The position numbers and the translations under genes are program-made. The notes under the pieces are model-generated. The model saw nothing but the letters and a program-made list of their open reading frames with translations. It was not told the DNA's origin and did not search any database. A stretch of 58,933 nucleotides of DNA, counting the filler, from Dugesia japonica (taxonomy: Eukaryota): assembly GCA_001938525.1 (NCBI GenBank). It is 5 parts of 5 records of this genome, joined end to end, with 100 filler letters (N's around TTAATTAATTAA, not from the genome) between each part and the next. Parts side by side here need not be neighbours in the genome. Positions count along the whole stretch, not along the records: positions 1 to 8,816 come from MQRL01579119.1; positions 8,917 to 17,134 come from MQRL01300197.1; 3 more parts are not named here. One strand, given 5' to 3'. Below, in pieces: positions 1 to 12,510 of this stretch. Position 1 is the stretch's first letter. Each line of letters starts with the position of its first letter.

Positions 1-74
1 ATTCGGCTCCGGCCTTAGAGAGAATTTACAAAAATTCAATTGTTCTTTTCATGAATAAATTTTAGCTATAATAG

Positions 75-465
75 GTGTAAGAACTGTTCTTCTTCTCAGT
101 TTTAACTATGAGGGGTAACAAGTTTTTCGCTTTAAAATTTGAGATGANNNNNNNNNNNNNNNAGCTTCCAGAGCTCTCGAAAGCAGTGAAAATTCTCTCT
201 CTTTTTTAAAGTGTAAGAACTGTTCTTCTCAGTTTTAACTATGAGAGGTAACAAGTTTTTCGCTTTAAAATTTGAGATGAATCTGTCATTCGTCGAGCTT
301 CCAGAGCTTACGAAAGCAGTGAAAATTCTCTCTCTTTTTTTAAAGTGTAAGAACTGTTCTTCTCAGTTTTAACTATGAGGGGTACCAAGTTTTTCGCTTT
401 AAAATTTGAGATGATTCTGTCATTGACGGAGTCTGGAGAACTCTTGAAAGCAGTGAAATCTCTTT
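75..465. repeat. ~135-bp tandem repeat, 3 copies (probably subterminal to a Polinton-like end)
   Basis: Unit GTGTAAGAACTGTTCTTCTCAGTTTTAACTATGAG...GAAAGCAGTGAAA starts at 75, 211 and 345. Confidence 0.9.
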
Positions 466-494
466 AAATTGAAATTAATTAAAGTTCAAAACAA

Positions 495-824
495 TTTATG
501 GTAACCATAATGACGTTGACCTACTTTTTTTGGAAACGACCTTGACCTAGTTTCCGTTGCTAAGGACGGTTGCCATGGTAACCAACTTCCTCGATACCGT
601 TGCTAAGGACGGTTGCCATGGTAACCAACTTCCTCGATACCGTTGCTAAGGCGGTTGCCATGGTAACCAATGACCTAGATAATGTTGCTAAGGCGGTTGC
701 GATGGCAACGACCTTGACCTACATTTGTTGCCATGGAAACGACCTTGACCTACATTTGTTGCCATAGGAACGGGGGGACCCCCCGTCGACCTTCTTTGTT
801 CTGGTGTCCTCCTATCTATCTACT
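495..824. mobile_element. Putative Polinton/Maverick terminal inverted repeat (right end)
   Basis: ~43-bp and ~31-bp tandem units, a perfect hairpin ACGGGGGG-A-CCCCCCGT (770-786), and a terminus CTATCTATCTACT at 824. Its reverse complement AGTAGATAGATAG has the 5'-AG, short-tandem style of Polinton termini. Confidence 0.55.
569..771. promoter_or_regulatory. Cluster of six RFX X-box-like palindromes plus TGACCT half-sites
   Basis: GTTGCCATGGTAAC at 569, 612, 654; GTTGCGATGGCAAC at 696; GTTGCCATGGAAAC at 727; GTTGCCATAGGAAC at 758; repeated GACCTTGACCTA. Confidence 0.55.
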
Positions 825-1185
825 GATTGTGACTATTGTTCTGGAAAGAAGAAAAATTTGAAGAGAAAATTTATTATATTTACAATTATTGTGAGAATAA
901 TTATTGGATTTAACCATTGATCGGATTTGAGATTTCATTAAAATAAGATAAGGCTTCGATCAAAACAAAACAAAATTTATTTGTAAAAAAAGTTCAAATT
1001 TTCGACAATTGTCTTCTTCAGGAAAAAAGGAAAGAAAATTTATTATCCAGAGTCTAATAAAAGACAATGTTAATCAATTTATGTAATTAAATTCATGTTA
1101 TTAAATAAATGTTAGTTTAAACAGACTTTATATTTTTTGTTTACTTTAATTTTTAAAACAAAAATTTATAAAAAAAAATTTCAAC

Positions 1186-1572
1186 TAATCAGAATCGAGT
1201 ATACTAATTGTGTCGATCACTGACTAAAAAATTTTTAAGAAAAAACGATGAGTCATGATCTATAAAAACGATGAGTCATCATTAACACTTTCAAAAATTT
1301 CAAATAATCAGAATCGAGTATACTGGATCACCAACCAATCAGAATCAAGGATACTGGATCACTGACTTAGAAAAAAATTTAAGAAAAAACGATGACTCGT
1401 GATCTATAAAATCGATGAGTCATGATCTATAAAAATTGTTCTAGTCATAGATGAGTGATTGCCTTGGTTTGAGTCATCGATTAGTCATACCTAAGACTCC
1501 TTGCCTTTATAATGAAATTTTTTTGTTTAGAGGAGAGGGGGTGATTCAGTGCGCTACTATCTACCTACTACT
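1186..1572. mobile_element. Second putative Polinton-like right end with AP-1-like and AATCAGAATCGAG repeats
   Basis: Repeated GATGAGTCAT and AATCAGAATCGAGTATACT units; ends in GCGCTACTATCTACCTACTACT (reverse complement AGTAGTAGG...). A near-identical terminus occurs at 32655-32673. Confidence 0.45.
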
Positions 1573-4500
1573 ATCGACTGATGGTACATAATCATAAAAG
1601 AGATTAACTAATTTGGAAATATCACAAAATTTACAATCTCTGTGAACAAAAAGAACAACTGAAAAGATATATCTAAAAATCATTAATGGCCAAAATAGCG
1701 GAGGAAATTAAAAATATACTTTTCAAAGTGAATCATGCTTGTATAAGAAATTATAATATGGAAGAACATGTCTGTATTACTATGTAAATTTAAAATATTA
1801 AAATGTTATTTATAAAAGTATGAAACGAAAAACTTAGAATAGATTTTATCGAACTCATTTTCAGACTAAATAATTCGAAAAATTTACAAAACGAATAAAC
1901 CTTTAGTACACAGAACAAATTGACAAAGTTCAAATATAGTTCTCATTTTAATATTATTTAGTTCCATCAAGTTTAGATAAACACAAAAATTCATATAATT
2001 TGCAACATTCATGTATTTTATTATTATTTACTCAGCACATTTAGATAAAATTGTCTTATCTAATCTTAAAACCTGTTTTAAAATTACATAATATTTTTTT
2101 TATTTATTAATGAAATTATTATTAAGAATAAGGTATTAAATTAAATATTTAATAATAATAATTAATTCAAGCAATTATTAAAATTATTTGTAGAATTTAA
2201 ATGTTATCATTTCAAAATGTTATGTAATTAAATTTTTAAAGTAAACAATTGCTTATTTTATACAAATCGCACTTATTGTATTGTAGCAATATTATTACAA
2301 ATGAATAAATATTGAATTTTCATTTTGAAAGGTTTTAAATTTATATGAAAATTACCAGACTAGATGAAATAATTTAAAGTTTATTTTCCTATTGAATAAT
2401 TATTAATTGGACAATAATAAATTAATAACGTTAATTTTATCTTTTAAAAAATCAAATAAAATTTCATTTCAATGGAAATTTAGTTAAGAAACCATTAATT
2501 TAGTTATAAAATATTAAAATTAAATCAATTCGTTACAACTATTGAAAAAAATGTATCCAATTTTAAATCTGAATTTTTTTTAATCTTTTAATTATAATGC
2601 CGGTAATTATTTTTTTAAAATAAACTTAATTTTTTGTTCAGATTAGAAATTTATATTTGATTATTAAAAGAAATTAATAAAAATGAATTAACAATTGATT
2701 TATTTATAAATTCCAAAACATATGATCACACTGAAAAAATTTAGGAGTAAAATGACATTTAAAATAATTTCTAAACATGAACCAATTAAGCGGGTAATTA
2801 ATTGAAATAATTGTATAATGCTGCCTATTTTAGAGGACTCTGTCTGAGTGGGATGGTCGCAATCGATTCATAGAAGCACCAGTCTGCTGACATGCACACA
2901 CGCACAAAATGTGCAATGTAGTCAGACTAGTTAATAAGGTGAGATTTTCTCCATCTCTCATTCGCCTTCGGTAGTTGCTTGGTAATCGTCATAATCATTT
3001 TTTCATTCACAACTGGTACCAGATCTATAAATCTGGTTCTCTTTGATTTCTTGTTCTCGAACGCAGCCCTGACATGTGTTATGTTTGTTTCATTTATTTC
3101 ACATTGAATTTTCGAATTTCAAATCACCCATAAAAATTAACGGATTTAATATTATTATGTGAGTTATTTATTTTTTTGTTCCTTACACTTAAATTTACAT
3201 TATTTCATATAAAATATTTTTATCAATAATTTCTTTAAACAGTAAATCATTTAATGATTATTTTATTAACAAATAATTTAGTATCATTCTTTTTGTTTTA
3301 ATTATTCTTTAAAAATTTTGTATAAATTTTCATATATTTTAATTTATTTCATGTGGAATTCTTAACAAATTTTCTAAAAATTTCTTCTTAATTATAATAT
3401 TTTTGCATCTTTTTTAAATTAGCCTTAGTTTCGTATTTTCATTGACAATTTAATGTTTTGAGATGTTTCTTTAATATAGTTATTTTGTTTTAATAATTTG
3501 GTATAGATTAATACACTAAGTTAAAGATGAAAATAGTATTATAATATGGTTTAAATACTACATCTATAACAAGTTCACAAAATTATATTTATTGGAATAG
3601 ATTTTTCTTAAAGCTCTAATAAATTCATGAACTTGTTTCTATGTTTATTTAGAAGTGTTTTAAATAAATAATTTATCAAAATAAAACTGATTGGTATCAG
3701 TAAAAGCCTTATTAATTTTCATTTTTTNNNNNNNNNNNNNNNNNNNNNNNNNNNNNNNNNNNNNNNNNNNNNNNNNNNNNNNNNNNNNNNNNNNNNNNNN
3801 NNNNNNNNNNNNNNNNNNNNNNNNNNNNNNNNNNNNNNNNNNNNNNNNNNNNNNNNNNNNNNNNNNNNNNNNNNNNNNNNNNNNNNNNNNNNNNNNNNAT
3901 TAACAATGTATGTATTTTTTAAACTTGATTGATTGGCTGTGTTTATCCTAATTATTGAGATTTAATAAGCGTATAGAGTCTATCGGGTAACACTGAGGAA
4001 CGTGGAAGATGCTTTATGCCCAACGGTATTTAATATTACACCAATGTTTAATTTGCAATGCAGAAAAAATCATACATATGTTATACTAATTTAATATAAT
4101 TAGAATATTAGAAACTGATACAATAAACTATATCAGATTAATTAGATCATTTACAAATCAATAATTCTTAAGATACAGAACACTGCCAAAATAACAGTTA
4201 GAACTTTCATAATGGAACGAAGAGAAGCTTTTTGATATTGTGCGTCGAACATCAAAGCAAAAACATATTATAAAAGTTTTTACACTTTGGTTTCTAAAGT
4301 TCATTTTAAAAAGTTGAATAAAAAATTATTTTAAATTGACAGTTGAGACTGGTTGAGTTGATTCAAAAATTGCAAAAAATTCCCCCTATGATATATTACA
4401 AAGGAGTATTTATTAAATAAAATAAATGTTTTAAAAAAGTTTAACCTGAATGAGAATACTCTTATTCGCGAATAATTATTCTTTCTTTCTTTAAATACGA

Positions 4501-7500
4501 AACACTGTTATGAATCATTTTCGGTTGAAATTTATAATGGAATATCCTTGTAAGATTCTTGGAATTTTAAATTGGTTCTAAACAAATATAATAGCATATT
4601 GGAAGTCAAATAATTAGGATAGGTTTATGAGTGTTATTTTAAGTGTTTTGTGCTAATATTCTTAAACATAGATTAAATAAAAATACTATGAATTCCTTAA
4701 AAATGTTAATATTAATTGATATTGAACAAAAACAGAGTTAATAGAAAATAATAACGATTTCTACATGAAAAATTTTCTGCATAAAGAGATCGAGGTGTAA
4801 TACAAAAATAAAACACTGCTTTAGCATATTATACTGTAATTATGAAGTAAAGTGAGAGTTTTAAGATTTTTTAATTAGATCGAACTCTGATTTTTAAAAT
4901 AATTTTAAAAATATTTTGAAATTATATTTTGCAAAATAGTTTGTAAAATAATTAATGAAAAATATTTTTAAATATATTCAAATGTAATGCTAAATTTATC
5001 ATTAAGTTTTCAGTCATAATTTTAATGTTTAATAAAATACTGACTATTTTTTTTAAATACATTGGAATAAGAATTAATCATTCTTACTTTTATGATTTGT
5101 CAACTTTAGGTTTTAGACATTTGATTGTTAGAATTAAAAATTTGATAGAACATTGGTATGATTTAACAATTTTTATTAAAAATGACTTATTCTAATCAAT
5201 GGGCTTCGTTAAAATTGGTTTGTAACATATAATTGGATAACATTCACAATATTTATGATAACCTCTTTTTCATTAATATGTAAATTATAATTAATAATAA
5301 TATTAATAAAAATTAATAATAAAATGATAATTGTTAATAGAACAAGGCCTGGTTCTAATTAACAAGTCCATAATTTTAAGAAATAAATGTAATTCTTAAA
5401 TTGTAAGACTTGTGTTTTTTGTGATGTCTAAATTTTGTATATATTTTCATATTTTATAAAGAAGTTTATTTACCAACACTTTAATATTTGATGAAAAGTA
5501 ATTTTGTGAATAAGATTGAAATTTGGTTTAATTAGCTTGATTTTAAATCTATTTTCATTTCTAATAGAAAGCAATCGTTACACTATATAGTTACAATGTC
5601 TAAGAATATTTGAGTTCACCACCATTTTTCATTGAATTTTAAATCGTACTATAAGCATTTTGGGTATATTAAAACTAAAATTTGTTTGAAAACAAGTTAG
5701 AACTTATAAATATAATAAAGAAAATTCAATGACAACGAATTAAATCGATTTAGTAAAAATGAATTTGTTTGTTCATGATTAATGAACAATTTTGAAACCG
5801 CTAAAAACAAGAAATTTCAAAGGATGATTCATCAAAGTTATAAATTATAAAGGAAAAATTCTATTTCACCTAAAGCGGAAATTCAATATTATTATCATTT
5901 ACAAATAATTAATTACTGTAAAAACTAATTAAATCGAAATACATGATTTTCATTTAATAATAAAATAAATTGTAGAAGCCTTATATTCTGTTTTGAGAAC
6001 TCCATTTCTGAGAAATCGAAATATTCTAAGCACTATTATTGTATTACTAGATTAAGGAAAATCTGAATCATCATTTATTTGTAGGTGTGCGAAATTATAT
6101 CTATTAATATTTTACAAAATATACTTTATTTAAAAATTGATGAACTCGGAATTTTTGTACTTCATCGATTTAAGATTTTTCAGTAAATTATTTAAATTAA
6201 ATAGTCACGCAAAGCCGAATAGCTGTGGTTATTGGTGAAGACATTTTAAATAAGTACAATAAACGCCAAAATAAAATATTACAAAATCACTACATAATAA
6301 ATATTTCTCACCACTTTTGCACACGAAAATTATCATTACATAATTCCATCATCACTACCACTAGCAGTAACTGTATGGAACATGACAAGATTGTTATCTC
6401 TCATTTACCTGTATATTTTGAGTGTGCCCTGCGTGCAAGTGTAGGTGTTGTTATGAGTGTGTGCGATAATATTTGTGTCAATACAATCAAAACGAGGACA
6501 ATCAAATTTGATAGATTTTCAAGTGAGTATCTGTAAATGATGGACAGAATCGAATCATTTGACTAGGTCCTGCCATAATCAATTATTTGTGCTCTACTAC
6601 AAATAAATTTAATTTCAATGATTAATAGAATAATTTTAATTAATATTTATGGATGATTTAATGATGTTTACCTAAGGTTAGTATTGCAATTGACTAATAA
6701 ATTTTAATTGATAAAAATAAATAAGGATAATTATTTATTACTTTTTATTTATTTATAACTTCTTAAGTGCTAATGATATTTTAATCTTATTTTGTTACAA
6801 AATTCTTTAATATAATTTTTAAAAGAAATCATTTTATAATGTATTAAGTTTCCAGCATTAAAAAGCTGAGAATGGTTTATTAGTTGCAATTTGATTGGTT
6901 ATTAACGAATATTTATGTTGTAGGAAATTTTTTTATTTGAAAATATGGGGATGTTGATTAAAGCTTCGTTATTATGAATAAAAAATTTGGATAAAATTCT
7001 TGATATCAATTGTAAATTACTATAAGAATATTGTTTTTTTTAATTCGGTTTATTTATTAAATATCAAATATTACTTTCAATTTTCAAAATAAATTTTAGT
7101 CAAGAAAAATAGACTTTAATATTTTTTAAAAAATTAGATTATTTAAATTTTTTACAGTTGTTCGTTTCGTAAGTTATATCGATTGAATANNNNNNNNNNA
7201 ATTTATTTACAACACTCAATTTAAACGAATGAAACGTTTCATTAAATAAATTTTCATAAAATTTCATTCAAAAAAAATTTCACTAAAAGTAATTTATTTT
7301 TTCAAGTTTTGGAATTTTGATAATTTAATTAAATTAGAACATACCTTCGTGATTTTTAGGATTTTATAAGTAAAAAATTTGACTACAATTGTATTTTAAT
7401 AAGTCATGGAATATTATTTCATTTTTTTTAAAAAAATCAATAATAATTTAATCTATTTAACAAGTTGAATGCAAGTTAATGAAATTGACCATAGGTACAT

Positions 7501-7654
7501 ATTAACACTTATCATATTTGAGAACCATTTATTTGTTTGTTATTTCATTCCGAAATTTGTTAATTAAAAAAGTAATATTTTTTAAAGAAAATCAATAAAA
7601 TTCTATTTTCATTTATTTCATTGTGGTGACCAATATACATCACTTAGTATACTA

Positions 7655-7906
7655 TTATATATCTCCGTTCCATTTTCTTCTTTGTCTTTTTCTCCACATA
7701 AATTCGCACATATAAGAATCTATCATTCTTTTATGTGTTCCATTATATTTTTTATTACACTCTTTCGCAGTATTCCACACCCTCCCAATATTTTGAGTGT
7801 GTGGAAAATATTTTTGACACTCACTTCGTTTACATATCCAACGATCTTGAATTTCACCCAAGCACAACAACATTGAAACAAATTTTGATATTGTGCAAAA
7901 TTCCAT
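7655..7906 (-). pseudogene. Merlin/ISXO2 (IS1595-family) DDE transposase fragment, internally deleted
   Basis: HTQNIGRVWNTAKECNKKYNGTHKRMIDSYMCEFMWRKR matches the C-terminal HTQxIExxW...G...YLxEFxWR signature; it is joined directly to an N-terminal-type WIC..C segment. Confidence 0.75.
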
Positions 7907-8376
7907 GTTACTGGAGAACTTGTATTACTTGATTATTTGTCATTAACTATTTCGAAAGTGTAATCTGATTCATGGGATTAGAATAATTAAATTATTATCT
8001 TGTTAACTTTCTGCAATCAATAACAATCAATATATTACAATTATAAATCTTTTTTTAATTAAACAAATTTTGAGGTGAAATAACAAACAAGTACCATATC
8101 GAAGCCTATAGGCGGGAATCGAGTTGTTTTCTCCACAAAATAATCTTGGATACCAAATAAAATTGGAAATTACTAATTCATCATAAGTCAAACTTTTCAT
8201 CTGGAAGTTCTAATATTACTGTAATTAAAATTTTGACATTCTATTCGAGTTATTTTTATTAAAACTAAAGATTTTCTTTGATATTGATTTTAGAAATGTT
8301 TTCAGAGTTAAATGAAATTTTAATGTGATCTTTTTGAATACATCTAATTCTGTTTTTACGAAATTTTACTTTACAG

Positions 8377-8476
8377 GAATTTGATTTAACGCGATTCAAA
8401 AAATCATTTAATTAAATCAAAGAAAATTGCGTTAAAAGAACGTAATGAGTGTTTTCAATCGCGTTAAATCAAATTC
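8377..8476. repeat. 100-bp miniature inverted-repeat element
   Basis: GAATTTGATTTAACGCGATT (8377-8396) and AATCGCGTTAAATCAAATTC (8457-8476) are a perfect 20-bp inverted pair. Confidence 0.7.
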
Positions 8477-8860
8477 AATTAAAAAGAATTAAATGTAATT
8501 TAATTAATAATGATAAAAATTAATTTGAATATTGATGTGAAAAAAATGTCATACAATATATTAGCAGAAATTAGATTACATTTTATCAAAGAAATTTTAT
8601 GATCTTGACATTTTATTAAAAATAATTTTGGTACCATATAAAAATTTATTTGTTAAATAAACCGTCAATTATTTAAAGAAATATTCGATTTATTAATAAA
8701 TGATTTGTCTATTAAACTTTCACCAATTAAATTATACATATTTAAATAATGTCGGCTTTCTAGTTAACGACAGATTAAATTAACAGATTAAGTGCATATT
8801 AAGTTATCGAAATAACNNNNNNNNNNNNNNNNNNNNNNNNNNNNNNNNNNNNNNNNNNNN

Positions 8861-8872
8861 TTAATTAATTAA
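8861..8872. other. Artificial scaffold spacer TTAATTAATTAA inside N run
   Basis: Identical 12-mer, stop codons in all six frames, centred in ~100-bp N gaps; also at 17179-17190, 32583-32594, 48394-48405. Confidence 0.9.
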
Positions 8873-9339
8873 NNNNNNNNNNNNNNNNNNNNNNNNNNNN
8901 NNNNNNNNNNNNNNNNTAATCAATTCTTCGTTTTCTCGACAGCTTTTTACAACTTTATTTTCTTTTTATTGTTTTATCCTAGATTTTATTTGATATTTCT
9001 TACACTTTTAACTTCAGTTATTATTATTTTATAATCATTTCCTGATCATTTCACAGATAAATATTTCTTTTATTTCGTATTATTTTCTTATTCATTTTCT
9101 TATTAACCTTTAATTTATTTCCTTCACTGTTTTTCATATTTCATAAAAGGCTGTTTCAGCCCAACATGTTTTTATAAAATGTACTTGATTTAATTCACTC
9201 TTGGATGAATTTTTCAGATATTCCAAAGCTATTCCAACAATTGAAAGACATTTGTTTTCTATTTGTTTTGAATTTTCCAATAGAGTTTTTATTATTCTAA
9301 TTTTTTTTGTTTTAAATTTGTACTTTTATTATGTTTTCT

Positions 9340-10249
9340 ACTTTATAGCTTTTATTTTGTGATCATATTTGTATTGATCTGCTGCTGTTTGAGGGATAAC
9401 TGGACTGGACTGACTTGGCGACATCTGAGGTGTGAATGACTGGTAGAGAGTATTGTGAAGGAACTCTAAATATCGTATTTCTTCTTCTTTCTCTTTTAAC
9501 TTCTTCTCCTATACGGATTCTAACTTTTTTCTCTTTTCCGTAAGTTTTTTCACTTAAGCTCGTAGGCCTTCGATCATTTTGTCCTTCTTTTCATCCCATT
9601 CTTTGGCGACCTCTAATTCTTTATTTGTTACAATGTTTTTCTTCATATTTGTCGTAGCTTGCTGCATGATTTGCGGGGCCAATATGGCGTCTAATCTATA
9701 ATTGTCCTTATTTGCCGCTATCAGCCCACTTTGTATATTCATTTCAGTTCACATTTCTGATTTTTGACTCTTTGCACTGTTTAACTTTCCAGCATCTGAT
9801 TTCAACTTGCTTAGTTTCCCTTGCACAACTTTCAGGTATGTCTCGAGATCCTCTACCTGATTTTTCTTTTTATCCGTCTTAACCACTTTATTTTTATTGT
9901 AGTCTCTAAGCATGGCCATCTGTTTCCAATGCTGGGCTTCTTATATAATATTTCTGTTTGGGTGTCGCACATATCTTAGTTCGTTCACTTTTCTTTGATT
10001 TTTCGTCCTCTATCTGGTCCACTTGTTCGTTTATTATATGATTCAAGAGTCGATTTCGTAATTTTAATGATATCGTTTCTGCTTCTACTTTTGGGCCTGT
10101 CGGATTGTGGCCGCCTATTGGTATTGAGTTTTGCTGCAAGGAATTTTCTTTAGGTCTTCCTCTTTAACAGGTTCTCCGGAGTATAATTTGTTTCTCAGAC
10201 GTCCGATCTGATCTCGAAGTATAGTTGGGTTGTTTGACAATTCTTGCAT
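9340..10249 (-). pseudogene. Degenerate ~300-aa Lys/Glu-rich, probably coiled-coil accessory ORF of unknown function
   Basis: Begins MQELSNNPTILRDQIGRLRNKLYSGE at 10249 and continues through track ORFs 9906-10139 and 9554-9742 with frameshifts and stops, to ...EIRYLEFLHNTLYQSFTPQMSPSQSSP. Confidence 0.5.
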
Positions 10250-10364
10250 CTAAATGATAAAGCGATTATAATTTGTTATAATTATTAAATATGATTAACT
10301 ATTAAATCGATTAGTCATTATGAATAAAATGAATGTGGATTAATATTTAATTAATATTTTAATA

Positions 10365-10473
10365 TTTTAATATTTTAATAATTTAATATTTAATTAATAA
10401 CCCGTTTAATAATGCTTATATTTTAATATTTTAATAATTTAATATTTAATTAATAACCCGTTTAATAATGCTT
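10365..10473. repeat. ~56-bp AT-rich tandem duplication within an intron-like spacer (10250-10764)
   Basis: TTTTAATATTTTAATAATTTAATATTTAATTAATAACCCGTTTAATAATGCTT occurs twice. Confidence 0.8.
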
Positions 10474-10996
10474 TGGGAATGCTTAATAACTCAATGCTTG
10501 TTCAATTTATAGTTATTAATTTTATGATTATTAACTCGTTTAATAATTTATTTTAATGATAAATCGATTATCATTATTATACCTTGTTGACCCATAGTTT
10601 TATAATTTAGTTTTCTTGTGTAATTATTAATTCGTTTAATAATGCTTCAACACTCGTTAACTAAAGTGACATGATTATCATTAAATAATTAGATTATCAA
10701 ATCGTTTAATAACACATTATTAATGTATTTAATAATCCGTTAAAATATAATTGAATTTGTTACCTTTACTTTCAGTACTCAACTTTGATTCCTTTTATCT
10801 TCTGGATAATTGAGTTTTTGTATTTCTTATTTGGCACAACTTTGCAATTACTTTCACAATTCATTTTCTCGGTACATGATTTGTTTGGTATTTTTATTTG
10901 AAGATTTCTACTTTTACTGTTTTTGTATTTTTGGACTTCTTATGCTTTTGTTTTTTATAATTTACAACTTTATATATACATTTATAATTTACTTTC

Positions 10997-12373
10997 CTAA
11001 CCCACGTTCCTTATCTCGATGAATATGCTATCATTTTTTACGAAGTTTGATAGCACATTTTTAATTGTTATAAACGTTGGGGATCATGATCCTAAGTTCA
11101 TCTCGCATGTGGGTTTCTGTTAGGAGATCCAGCTTGGTTTGCATTCAAATGTTTCACCATGTCCTTCTGACCACCTGTCGTATCCTGGGGTTATTCTCAT
11201 ACTGAATTTGTTTGAGATCGACCATTTCAACTTGTCATCATATTTTTCTTTCCTTATTATAAAGAAAACATTTATATGGTTTCCTTTTCCTGCGCCATCC
11301 CCATGAGGATAAATTCTTAGAGACGCGAGGTAACCTTCTTTAAATAAGTAAAATGGTGGGCTGGTATACTGTCCATCTTTCTCGTCGGGGAAGGATCTTG
11401 CAATGACCAATTTGGCGAGAAAATCTTCTATTTGCCATATATAATGGCATACAGAATACTTGGCATCTGATAGTGCTGAGGGTAAAGATATAGTGGTTTG
11501 ACTTGAATTTTCTTTTAAAGCACTCCATAATTCGTTTTTAGTTTCGTGTATTTTGCTAGATAAAACGTATATCAATTGAAGGGTATGGTTCTTTAGATTT
11601 TCTTATTATTGGTTTATTCTCTGTTCTAAATTAGAAATGATAGCCTGGATATGTTCTTTTGCTTTGTTGAACATATATTTGTTTACTTTCATTCGGGTTC
11701 CTTTAAATTTACATAGATACGGGCATTCTTTAAGTTCTTTAATGCATGTTGATTTATGAGCACTCACTTTTACTAATTCTTCACAACAATTGTTGGAACA
11801 TTTAACTATGAGTTCCTGGCATACTTGTATTTTAATAGAATTCAGGTGATTCTTCATTAGTTTTCTGAGAATCAATCGGTTGCAATTTTCACATTTTACT
11901 TCTACCATGAGACATGATTCGTTAACACGATTCTCTTTGTCGAGTTTAAATAGTAGTGTTTTACACTTTTCGCACATTATAGGAACTGTAGAGCAGTTCT
12001 TTGTATGTTCTTCCAGATTCATTATCTTTTCTTCTAATTCACATTTTTGGTATGGGCAAGTTCCTTGTAGCTCTGCTACTTCTCTGGTTATTGCTCGGTC
12101 GAGTAGTACTTGAGTAACTTCTTCACATTCGATATTAAAACATTTATTTACGTTCTCTCTAAGGTGTTTACTGATGCATTGATAACAATATCTGCATTCA
12201 CAGCTAATTTACATCTGTTCAAGCATTAATAAATTGCATTTGGTACATTTGAACCGCGTTTCTATTTCTTCTGATGACTCGAGCTTTTGTATTAGTTTTA
12301 CAAAATTATCTACTTTCTTGGCAATAAGTGTGAAATCTGACTGAAGTATACTGATTGGATTTGTTTATTGCAT
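10997..12373 (-). pseudogene. TRAF: Intronless TNF-receptor-associated factor (TRAF2/3/5-like): RING, TRAF zinc fingers, coiled coil, MATH/TRAF-C; about 6 premature stops, no frameshift
   Basis: Single frame of 459 codons. RING CTKC...ISCECRYCYQC...CFNIEC; DRAITREVAELQGTCPYQKC; zinc fingers in ORF 11606-12022; MATH YIWQIEDF...TSPPFY..EGYL..LRIYPHGDGAGKGNHINVFFII.K..YDDKLKW; C-terminus QKPTCEMNLGS..PTFI...FVKNDSIFIEI. Confidence 0.92.
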
Positions 12374-12510
12374 CTGAATATTTACAATTTGTTAATTGTT
12401 TCCATAATTATAATTCTATTTATCAAAGACTACGTAAATATAATAGAATTAAGATTTGTAAATTAGTCAGGCCTATACATTTATTTACAGTTGATTTTTA
12501 TTCTTTCGTT

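Noticed and set aside
554-771. Regularly spaced palindromic repeats resembling a CRISPR array
   Set aside because: The intervening sequences are themselves repeated rather than unique spacers, there are no cas genes, and the context is eukaryotic.
2810-3080. GC-elevated island possibly a promoter, exon or RNA gene
   Set aside because: No tRNA/snRNA fold, ORF or defined motif could be identified by eye.
3691-3906. ORFs spanning N runs (also 37149, 38230, 38333, 39810, 48908, 48924)
   Set aside because: Artefacts of translating gaps.
6225-6536. 103-aa ORF
   Set aside because: No recognisable motif, non-ATG start, no supporting splice pattern.
10997-12373. Stop-codon reassignment explaining the in-frame stops in TRAF and neighbours
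   Set aside because: TAA, TAG and TGA all occur, replace different residue types, and neighbouring ORFs also have frameshifts; ordinary pseudogene decay is sufficient.
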